Part shown: piece by piece, positions 13,474-23,280 of the stretch
Numbering within the stretch: the first letter of the stretch is position 1
How the letters are laid out: each line of letters opens with the position of its first letter
NCBI GenBank assembly: GCA_010909165.1
Contig: VJWM01000173.1
Span: 124,001-188,000, forward strand
Origin: Anthoceros angustus
Taxonomy: Eukaryota; Plantae; Anthocerotophyta
Reading direction: 5' to 3'
DNA: 64,000 bases
Notes under the pieces: generated by a model
What the model saw: the letters and a program-made list of their open reading frames with translations, nothing else
Told to the model about the DNA's origin: nothing
The model's database searches: none
Made by a program: the position numbers and the translations under genes

Positions 13474-14680
13474 AGTAAAATGCACTATAATCCAAAGCCT
13501 TAATAATAAAACCTACAACCAAAAGCCTTAAAAACTTGCTTGGAATCTTAAGCTAAAACCCATAGTTGAACCCTTTAGCAAAAACGCATCTAAATAACTC
13601 AAGTATACAAAGAACACCTAAAAAACGCATGTGCTCAAAGAACACCCAAAAACCTCACATGTTCAAAAAAGAACTCACTAAAACCGAGGACCTTAAAACT
13701 ATGAACCCTCTTAGAGTCTTTTGTATTGAAAATTCTTATATTCCTCGTGTGTTCCCTGCCTCTCGTCCATCATTTTCCTTTGACGCTGTTGGCCCGCTTG
13801 TCATTTCAAATTCAATTGAATGGCCTACATACAATCATGGAGATTGTGGAGGTTGCATCTCTAGCTATCAAAAGGCTATTTAATCTTTATATCGCAAATT
13901 CATACAAAACTATTCCCAGATTTTTTGGGCTATTCCGAAAGACATTGGGGTCTAAGTAAGAATACATCCGGATGTATAAGACTCTTAACAACAAGTTGAA
14001 TGAACTACTTGGGTATCTCAACAAGGGAGACTTGAGTTTAATTGCTTCTGCGTACCGTGACCCTTGTGATTCCCCTTGAGGCAGATGGGCTTGTCCATCT
14101 CTCGAATCGCAATAAAGTGCGAATCGATCCTTGGAGCTGCCGGTGTCCAAGTTCACACTTAAACCACATTGAATAGTAATATCTATCCATCGAAACTCGA
14201 AAGAGTTCGACACAAGGAGACTCCTCTGCCCTTTCTCCAGGGGAACTCTGACCGATCAACCAGGCACTGTTAGCAGATGGATGCAGCAAGATCTGAATTG
14301 AAATGTTTGAGGCTGAACATTGGGGTTGATCTACTGTCCTCCGCAACAAGGAGAAACATCAAACCATCAAAAACTGGCATAACCTGCAGAACAACAATTT
14401 GTGAGGACAGGTGGGCCGTCTTCATTTGCTCACCTGGTGAAGGTAATGCTCGAGGAGGAGCCACGTGTGACCACAGTGCATAAACAGCATGGAAGGAGAG
14501 GCAGAACAGGCAGCTGGCCGACTGTGGACCTGGTTTGCAGCAGGATGGAATCCTGATTCCTGTCTCGGTTCGCGTTTGCACTGGAGAGCTTGATCTTGGA
14601 GAAAGCTGATTGGAGTCTGACTGCTTCAATTCCAGCAGCAGAGGCGAGAGGGAGCGAGGAAGCAGCACTAGGGCGGGGGC

Positions 14681-15462
14681 ATGTCTGGAGCAAGCACCTC
14701 GAGGATCGATGAGGAGCAGCCGCTGGAGTACGCGGCCCTCAAGTCCGCGCCTGCCGCCCGTCCCCGCAAGGTGACTGCGGGGAGAGCGTGCCGCGCCTTC
14801 ACATCGGCTGTGTTGCTCCTGGTTATTGCGTTGCTTCTGGGAGGGATCGTGTTCCTGCTCTGGCCTACTTCCCCCGATGTGGAGGTGACTAGCATCAAAC
14901 TGGACGGCATCGACATCGAGAAGGATGACGAGAGCTCGTCCATCATCCCTTCTTTCTCCCTGAACGTGTCCCTCAAGCTCCTGCTTCAGATCACCAACAC
15001 GAACCTCTTCGGGCTCCGGTACGACACCATTCTGGTGCACATCTTGTACAGAGGGGATGAGGTCGGGCAGGTGGAGTCCGCCGGAGGCTCCGTGCCTGGG
15101 AAGAGTGTGAGCAATGTGACTGCCACGCTGGATCTCCAAGGGAAAGAAATTTTGGATAATGTTGGAGACCTCTGGGATGATGTCTCCAACAACTCTGTCC
15201 CCTTCCGAACCATCACAGAGTTCTGCGGCACTGTGGATCTCCTTTTCTTCCACCCTACCGTGCGGGTATTTCTCCTCTTTTGGCCCAGGCCTGTTTTCCC
15301 TTGCTCTTTTGCCTTGCTTGTCTGAAGTTGTTCAGACAACATTCTGTGTCCCGAGATGTTGACTGTTCCCAATGTTGGCTGCAGGTGAACTCAACTTGTG
15401 ACCTGGTTGTGGATCCTGACGAGAAGGTCATCCTCAGCCAGGAGTGTGACCTTGATTTCTGA
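14681..15462 (+). CDS. LEA_2 / NDR1-HIN1-like membrane protein (exons 14681-15265, 15385-15462)
   Basis: N-terminal TM helix ending FLLWPTSPDVEV, the ITNTNLFGLRYD motif and a C-terminal C-x-L-x-V-D-P...Q-x-C. The GT-AG intron preserves the frame. Confidence 0.88.
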
Positions 15463-15660
15463 GCATCTCCTGTAGCTTTCTTAGGACGGGGCTTTCTTAA
15501 CCTTAACATCATCATCATCACATGCTTAATGTATGACACATGGGTGGAATTTCCTAGCCTTCCTCCTTGTAGACGGGGCTCAACCAGCCCTTCACCATCT
15601 TTTCACCCTCTTGTATTCCCACTTTGTGAAATATTCAGGTTATGCACTACGTTGTATTGG

Positions 15661-15696
15661 ATGCCGATGCCGATGCCGATGCCGATGCCGATGCCC
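15661..15696. repeat. (ATGCCG)n microsatellite
   Basis: About 6 consecutive ATGCCG units. Confidence 0.95.
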
Positions 15697-16202
15697 TCAG
15701 TGATCAAACTTGTGATGTCGGTCCTTGTCACAAGAGGTTTCTAAAACCTAGTTGCTGCCTTTTGGTCCGCTTTCCCAGTCATCCGGTATAGGGCGCCCTT
15801 GCCTTGGATGGAAGTGGCAAGCTGGATTTCACGAAGGATCTTGGGTTGAGTTGAGCTCATTTGTGAGATTGAAGCAAGAGCAATTTGAGATTGAAGTAAG
15901 ATCATTTGTGAGATTGAATTCACGTATTGGTGAGCTTAACTCACTTCACTTAGGATGGTGTTCGACTCATCAGTGCAGTCCAACTCATTTGCGCTCAACT
16001 ACTTTTGGAAGGCTCATTTATGCAAGACGCTCCTTGGTTGGAAACACAAATGCGCTTCGGAAGCCCCTCGAATTGAGGTGCAACGTTTCCCGGTGAAACA
16101 GGACCATCCTCAGAGCCCGTGTGGGTTCTGATATGTCAGGAAGCCGCATTCCGGGACACTCTGCTTCGGCTGGAAACGAGGAAAGGGATTTTGCAAGATC
16201 AA

Positions 16203-18755
16203 ATGGCGATGCAGTTGGAGTTACGCCCGGTGGCCCAAGACAAACAGTCTGCCATCCATCCTATGCGCAATTTGTTGGCAGCAAAGTCGAGCTCGTCGTC
16301 AATGACATGTGGCTGTGTGGTACGGAACGGCCCACCATGGAAAGTGGCAGGCATATCGCAGGATTCAAGCCCAGCAGCCAAGAGCATGACGCACAAAGAG
16401 CGGCAGGAGCTCTTATGGCAGCAGTTCTTCTTGGATCCCTTGGATTGGTGGGACAACAGGGTCGATAAGCAAAGCCCCCGGCATCCCGACTTCAGGCACA
16501 AGACCTCCGAGGAGCCCCTGTGGCTCAACAGCCCTCGCAAGCCGGCTTGGGTGGATTCTGAGCTGGCCAGGTGGGATGTCGAGATGAGGGGGCTCCCGGC
16601 ATCAAGTGCAGGAAACGTTGATGATGAAAATTGGGTGAAGTCCCTGACCAAACGTTGCGAGGAGGCGGAGCTGGGTGAAGCTGTGGAAGCATTGAATCTT
16701 CTGGTGCAGCGGGGATATCATATCAGCCACAGTATCTTCCATCGAATCCTCAAGAGATGCATGGCAGAAAGGGATCTGGGTTGCGGTAGGCGAATTCATG
16801 CTCTTGTTCAAACAGGTGGGTATGGCTCTGACGCATTCGTGGCCAACCACATCATTGGCATGTACGCTTCTCATGGGGAGTTGGAGGATGCTGTGCAGGT
16901 CTTCAGGAATGTGATTGCACCCAGCGTACATATGTGGTCCTCTATCATTCTAGCGCTTGTCCGACATGGACAGCCAGCACAGGCTGTACAGCTCTATCAG
17001 CAGATGAGGGAAGCAAGCGTCAAGCCAGATAACCGTATATTTGTGGCAGCTCTCAAGGCGTGTGCCTCGGCAGGGGACCTAGTTTCTGGTAAGCAGGTGC
17101 ACGCTGATATTCCAGAGGGTGCCGTGCAGGAAGATGTTTTCGTGGCTACCAGCTTGGTGAATATGTATGCTAAATGCGGTAGCCTGGTGGAAGCTCGCAA
17201 AGTGTTTGACGGTCTACGGAGGAAAAATGTGGTGACATGGAATGCCATGCTCGCTGGGTATTCTCAGCAGGGCCTGGGCCGAGAAGCCTTGGCTCTGTAT
17301 GAAAGTATGCAGCATGAGGGCATGACTCCAGCTGATCATATCACGTTTGTGTGCCTTCTTCAAGCATGTGCCAGTGCGGGGGCGCTGCAGCTGGGTAAGC
17401 AGCTTCATTTGCAGATTCGTGCAAGAGGGCTCGAAGCTGATGTGCGAATGGGCAACTGCTTGGTGGACATGTATGCAAAATGCGGGAGCTTAGATGATGC
17501 TCGAATAGTATTTGACAGTTTGCCGACAAAAGATGTGGTGTCGTGGAATGCGATGATCGCAGGATATGTGCAGCAGGGTCTTGGTCACTATGCTCTGACT
17601 CTCTATGCCTCTATGCGCAAGGAGGGCATAACTGTTGCCAGTCTTGTGACATTCTCGTGCCTTTTACAAGCATGTGCCAGTGTGGGGGCGCTGCAGCAGG
17701 GTAAACAGCTCCATTCGGAGATACGGGAAAAGGGCCTCGAAGCTGATGTGTTTATCAGCAGCTGCCTTGTGGACATGTACTCCAAATGCGGCACTCTGGA
17801 AGATGCTCGCAAAGTTTTTGACAGTTTCCCAACGAGAGATGTAGTGACCTGGACAGCCCTGCTGAATGGGTATGCAGAGCATAGCGATGGCCACAAGGCA
17901 ATCCATTGTTTCGAAGAGATGCTCAAGCAAGGTATCAAGCCAAATGACACCACTTTCCTTTGTCTTTTGGTAGCCTGCAGTCACTCAGGCCTAGTACAAG
18001 AAGGCCAGGAGTATTTCAACAAGATGATCAAGGACCATGGGATTGCACCCACCGATTATCACTACAGCTGCATGGTTGATCTTCTTGCCCGGTCAGGCCA
18101 ACTGGACGAGGCTGAACACATGCTGCGGACGTCAGCGTTCGTGAATGATGTAGTGGGCTGGAAAGCTTTGCTGAGTGCCTGCAAAAACCACGGTGATGCA
18201 GAGCGCGGGAAGCGATGCTTTGACCATCTCGTACACTTGGACCCCCAAGATGCGAGCGCATACGTGCTGCTGGGGAACATGTATGCCAACGCCGGCAGGT
18301 GGGATGATGTGACTAGGCTAGAGAGCTTGAGAAAGTCAGTAGGTGCATGGAAGAAGGCTGCAAAGGCTTGCATTGAAGTTAGGAACGAGGTGCACGAGTT
18401 CACAGTAGGAGAAGACAGGTCTGACATCTCATCCAAGCTGAGGAGCGTGAACACAAGGCTGAAGGAGGAAGGGGGCCACGTGCCACGCACAGAGCTAGTG
18501 TTGAAGGCTGCCTCTGAGCAGGAGAAGGAGGATGCCTTATGTGGCCACGCAGAGAAGCTAGCCTTGGCTTACGGTCTGCTGAACACGCCAGATGGTGAAA
18601 CTTTGCTGGTCACCAAGAACCTTCGCATGTGCAATGACTGCCACAGTAGCACCAAGATCATGTCCCGGCTTGAAAGTCGCGAGATCATTGTGCGAGATGC
18701 ACATCGAGTGCACCGCTTCCTGGATGGGTCGTGTTCGTGTGGGGATAGGCATTGA
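16203..18755 (+). CDS. PLS-class PPR protein with E1/E2 and DYW:KP (DRH-type) domain; N-terminal OSB-type PDF motif; candidate organellar U-to-C RNA-editing factor
   Basis: Uninterrupted ORF, open from 16119 with the first ATG at 16203; an upstream exon is possible via an acceptor at ~16139. It has P-L-S triplets (MYAKCG...A...FD...VV.WNAMI), KKAAKACIEV in place of the PG box, HAEKLA, CNDCH and a terminal CSCGDRH. Confidence 0.95.
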   Translation: MAMQLELRPVAQDKQSAIHPMRNLLAAKSSSSSMTCGCVVRNGPPWKVAGISQDSSPAAKSMTHKERQELLWQQFFLDPLDWWDNRVDKQSPRHPDFRHKTSEEPLWLNSPRKPAWVDSELARWDVEMRGLPASSAGNVDDENWVKSLTKRCEEAELGEAVEALNLLVQRGYHISHSIFHRILKRCMAERDLGCGRRIHALVQTGGYGSDAFVANHIIGMYASHGELEDAVQVFRNVIAPSVHMWSSIILALVRHGQPAQAVQLYQQMREASVKPDNRIFVAALKACASAGDLVSGKQVHADIPEGAVQEDVFVATSLVNMYAKCGSLVEARKVFDGLRRKNVVTWNAMLAGYSQQGLGREALALYESMQHEGMTPADHITFVCLLQACASAGALQLGKQLHLQIRARGLEADVRMGNCLVDMYAKCGSLDDARIVFDSLPTKDVVSWNAMIAGYVQQGLGHYALTLYASMRKEGITVASLVTFSCLLQACASVGALQQGKQLHSEIREKGLEADVFISSCLVDMYSKCGTLEDARKVFDSFPTRDVVTWTALLNGYAEHSDGHKAIHCFEEMLKQGIKPNDTTFLCLLVACSHSGLVQEGQEYFNKMIKDHGIAPTDYHYSCMVDLLARSGQLDEAEHMLRTSAFVNDVVGWKALLSACKNHGDAERGKRCFDHLVHLDPQDASAYVLLGNMYANAGRWDDVTRLESLRKSVGAWKKAAKACIEVRNEVHEFTVGEDRSDISSKLRSVNTRLKEEGGHVPRTELVLKAASEQEKEDALCGHAEKLALAYGLLNTPDGETLLVTKNLRMCNDCHSSTKIMSRLESREIIVRDAHRVHRFLDGSCSCGDRH

Positions 18756-19657
18756 TCATTGATCATACGTAAACATACGTGTGTTACAACATGCTAATAA
18801 GCCTCTTTTTCCTGCTGGTACATTTTCTCATTGCCGACATGGGTACTGTCTGTTTCGATGGTGACGGAGTGGCGGAATCACCAAACAAGTGCGGACGGGC
18901 CTGGCCGGTCCTTGATTGGCATGCCGGAAACGACGATTGCCTATTCGATTGTAAAGAAAGAACAGAAAAAAGAAAATGTCCTTGTGCACAGTATGCTATT
19001 CTGAGAGTCGTAGGTCTCTATAATTGAGGAATAAGAGCTGGCAATGCGCTCAACAAATAGGTGATAACCGAGGCAGCTCTAACGCACATAAAGCTCGCTC
19101 TGGACGTTCAAGCAACTCGGCACATTCTACTGGAACGTCCTGTGGGGCCCATTTCCACCTGCTGCGTCGTTACAAGTTGGCTTTCTTCTTCGTTTCGGAT
19201 CCGCGGCTCTGCCCGGCCAGGACTGCGAGGTGTCGAGGGAATCGAGCGGGAAGGTGCGCGACCGTCCCGCGTGTTCCTCCTGCGTGTCACCTCCTGCTCC
19301 TTCCCGCGCCGGGTCGTGCGTCTACTTCTTGCTCTTTGCCCTGCGTTGATGTTGCCTTGTCTAACTGCTTGATTGCAGCTCCCAAAACCTGCTTCTACCT
19401 GCGCTCTTGGATTTCACGGCTCTTTGTCCAGCTGCTTCAGGTTTTCATAGTGTTGCGGATGTGTAGTTCTGCGTGAGGATGTGCTTTGTGGATGGGCGTG
19501 TTAGCTGGATTCGCGTGCCTCTGTTCCATGACGTTGATGCATGTCGACGCTCGAAGCGTTTTGGCCATGGTTGGCTGATGGCTACTTTGGACCTGGCAGT
19601 TTGAAGTGGATTTCTGACGTTTGTGTCCTCAAGGGAGTGTAGCAAGTGGTTTCCAAG

Positions 19658-20123
19658 ATGTCGGACGGCAAGTATGCGCAAGGGTATCCCCCGCAGGCTT
19701 ATCCGCCCCCGCCGCCCTATGGCTATCCCCCTCAAGGTCGGTGTCGTTTCCTTTGCTGTGGCCGGTGATGGTGGCGATCCGTGTGGTGCACTCTGTCCTG
19801 GACTCGCGATTGTGGAGCTCAATTTTCTTCTGACTGCTTGCCAGGTTACCCGCCACAGCAGCCTTATTACCAGCAGGCGCCTCCTGTGCAGCCTCCTCCG
19901 CAGTATTACCAGCAGCAACAACAGCAACCACAACGGAGTGGAGGGTTTCTCGAGGGATGGTGCGTACTACTTCTTGAAACCTGTTCATATTGCTTGTAAC
20001 TTATTGGTCTCTTCCTTTCTTGGGTCTTACTAGCGGTACTTGCGTTAACCTCGTGTCATTCATCGTCTCCTGTGCAGCTTGGCAGCAGTCTGTTGTTGCT
20101 GTTTGCTGGATTGCCTCTTCTGA
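19658..20123 (+). CDS. CYSTM (cysteine-rich transmembrane module) protein; exons 19658-19736, 19845-19959, 20078-20123
   Basis: Spliced product is MSDGKYAQGYPPQAYPPPPPYGYPPQGYPPQQPYY...GGFLEGCLAAVCCCCLLDCLF. Confidence 0.93.
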
Positions 20124-21864
20124 GGATTTTAAAGATTTTGCATAAGTGAACTTGGTCAAATTCTTTGGGCCTAATGCCCCGATTGTGTTGTGTACAGTTT
20201 GGCCGCACTATGTTGCTGTTGTTTATTGGATGAATGTTGCTGCGATCCGACTATCATTCTCGATAGCTAAAATTGAACGAAGAATCTGTAATACGCGATG
20301 AGGGTGAAAGACGATGTATATACTGTACGCGGTATGGTGGGGAGATCGTGGCTAGGGTACAAAATGGTGCACATCGCATGTTGGTAGCTATCTGTTGCCA
20401 TTGCACGGAGCTGTCTATATGTAGCCTACAGAAAATGCGAACTTTTTTGCGACTTTGCCGGCACAGGAGCGGATATTTTACGCTAGGGACATGATAGACT
20501 TGCTGTGTATAGCCTTAAAACCCGGGGACCTGTATGGTTTCAGGAATAACGCGAGTATACTGTTAGGCAGTCTGCTCTGAACGTTGTTACAGTAAAGGCA
20601 AACTTTGGATGCAGTCTGTTCTCAGATGTTTGCGTGATCAGTGTTAGCCTGTTCTCACCAATAACATATGTTTGCGATCTCATTTTTTATCCGTACTCAC
20701 AAAACGCATTCATAGTGTTCCTATCTTTGAATCCTACTTGTGACACACTTGAAAGCTGTGAAATCCAGGAACGCACACTTGCTGCGCAGTCCCATACCAC
20801 GCGATCGATCGACACCATAGATTTTCAGCAACTTCTGTGAGTAATTTGACACGAACACCTGCTAACCTCTCACCAGCTGCACGATCAAATTACACACACA
20901 TCACTCTGACTTTAAACTTCTGCTTCAATAGCTTCTGCTTCATCAGAAGGGATTGCCAGCATTTCCCTCAACTGGAGCAACCTTCCATAATCCAATGGAT
21001 ACCCGTCCAACCAAGACTTCAACGCTGACCTATTGAGCTGTGACAACTGTCATGCACAGAAGCCTACAATGTCGAGACGAGTCCCAGCAACCATGACAGA
21101 GCTCTGGAGAGCGGAAAACAGAGACTAAGAAGTCATGTCCACATTCATTTGTTACCTCTCCTTCTTCATATAAGTCCGGTGTGATGGTACGCCTGGCTGT
21201 TCTGTTTTGATCCAGCGTAGGTTCTATCTCTATGACTCCTCTGGCAACAAACGCGGAGATAACAGATGTCAGTTGTAACCTCTACGAAACGCAGCTGAAC
21301 CAACGAAGACACCCAGCGCTTGCGGAAATTGGCAAACATAGCTGAAGCAACTGCAAAAGAGTACGATGAGGGAACAAACAAGCGAAACCCGTAAGCTGAA
21401 CGGTGGCCCACCGGAAACTAGAGCTGTCTCAAGCGCAGCGTGCAGCTGAGGAAAGAGAAAAGGAAGGCACAACTGAAAATCTACTACTGTCCACTTACCT
21501 GACAAAATTATTGTTGCGAAGAGCCCCCACAGCCCTATTACGCATCCCCGTTTGCTCAGCAGATGCCAGTGCTCTTTCATGGCGTTCAAGAATTTCTGGT
21601 AATGGCGGGGGAGTGATCACATCCTCGGTCCGCTCGTCCAGGATTTGCTCCCGGACATATGTCTTTGACTAGTGGATTAACCAAGCAATCCCAGCCACAA
21701 CTGCAAGCAAAACCCCACCTGTCACAGGCTAGGTTAGGTAGGATAAGTTGTGGTGCTACCTGTAATCTACCCATGGCAATGGATGCATGAACTGTGGAAC
21801 ATATTGAACAAGCACATGGAGGTTGCAATTTCTTGCAAGGAGGGAAGAATTAAGGAGAGGAATT

Positions 21865-22371
21865 CGTACTTGACAAGCTGCGAGTCCTCCAGCACTATCA
21901 TCTCCAATCCCTTGTCGGCTCGTTCCATTTTGCGAGCCATCTGCTCTAGCACCTCCTTCCAGGATGCTCTTTCCCAGGGGCTCATCTTCCCACTTCCGAC
22001 CACAGCGAGCACCCTTGCCTCCGCCACTGCCGAGAATTCTGGTTCCCCAGACGGCGGCGGGGATGGTCCGGATCCAGGAGCTGCCATGGTACAATCAGCT
22101 GCTTGAAGTTGCAATTCGGGGACAACGGGTACACCGCTGCCTACAGACATCCTCACCACTCCGGATGCTCTTGATGTTGTCCAGCGCTGGACTTGATTGT
22201 CATAGCCGTATAGTACGCACCGCGACTGCCAGTGCTCGGGCTGGGCGACGTGCTTCGCAGGCTTCCGATCATCGCCTTGGTACAGCCCTTGCCTCCCGGC
22301 TGTGGCCAGCCTCCTGCTGGATGCATCAACATCAGGCCTGAAGCGGGGGCATTCCCTGCTAGCATCTTCAT
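21865..22371 (-). pseudogene. Violaxanthin de-epoxidase-related (VDR) N-terminal-like fragment, apparently truncated
   Basis: RVLAVVGSGKMSPWERASWKEVLEQMARKMERADKGLEMIVLED resembles the plant VDR N-terminal block as I recall it (RIVAxVGxGxxSPLxxAxWxEVxxHxAKRLxWVDEGYEM). No lipocalin domain is seen downstream. The putative transit-peptide ORF (22153-22371) is in a different frame. Confidence 0.5.
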
Positions 22372-22869
22372 CTCCTCAGACGAGTACTAGCGCAGCGAGA
22401 TCTTGCGCCTCCGAGTCAGCCTGCTAGGGATGCGCTTAAGATTTCAAGGAGGAGCGGCTAGGATTGTCCACTCAGATTTTGTCCCTACTTCACCAGCAGG
22501 TCGTCGGGAATCCCTGCCAGGGATTTAGCTGCCAGTCCCGAGCATCGTCTCATCGTAACCACGTGCTCGACACGAGCTTGCGGAACCCTTCTCCACTCGC
22601 CGACGCGGCCGTCGGGTCTTCCTTCATGAATTCGTGAAGACGGCCATGTATAGTCCAAGAGGTCATTCATCGGCGGTGTCCTGCTGGGATCGGACGTGCA
22701 AGAACGCGGGCCCGGGTAACCGGAAAGGAGTCGGGGACTGTGGGCGATTCAATGGAGTGGCCAGTTCAATGTTGTGTCTGCTGGCAGAAACCCCACAGGG
22801 TACAAGCATGGTTTGGTGCATACATCAGTGAGAAACGGCTGAAACGCTGCTCTTTTGTGATCGCATAAC

Positions 22870-23280
22870 GTTAATACGCCAACCGAAGGATCCATGAAGA
22901 ATGTGCTTGCCAGAGCCAGACCAAGTAGACTGTTTTGCATGCCTGTCAGGTAAAGACTTTGTGAGACCATCGAACCGTGAGATTTCTTCCCCAAGGGAGA
23001 GAAGCCCCTGGAATCCTCGATCTTACCTGTCTCAAGAGAGATGGCTTTCGAAAGACCATCCAAATCTGGAGCGGAAGGGAAGACAACCTGAGGTAGTTTG
23101 TAGCCAACTACAAATGCAACTGCACGGAAGCCGAGCACCGGCACCAGCAGTGCCAGTCCATTCCAAGAGCGAAGTATGTGGATGTTGCAGGCCAAGGGAG
23201 AACCAACACAGAGGCATGTAACTACCACCGACAAAGCTGGCAAGAAGAGCTTGATGGACCCGGTGAGACGAGGGATGAAT
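22870..23280 (-). pseudogene. BASS5/6-like bile acid:sodium symporter, C-terminal fragment (exons 23280-23027, 22942-~22870)
   Basis: FLPALSVVVTCLCVGSPLACNI...AFVVGY...APD...AISLETG|MQNSLLGLALASTFFMDPSVG matches the plastid BASS5/6 C-terminus. The N-terminal TM half and the final helix were not found, and conserved FH has become FR. Confidence 0.7.

Noticed and set aside
14270-15253. 327-aa minus-strand ORF
   Set aside because: Antisense shadow of the GC-rich LEA2 coding exon.
15848-15942. Short inverted repeat (gagttgagctca / tgagcttaactc) around small direct repeats, MITE-like
   Set aside because: 12-bp imperfect arms and no clear target-site duplication.
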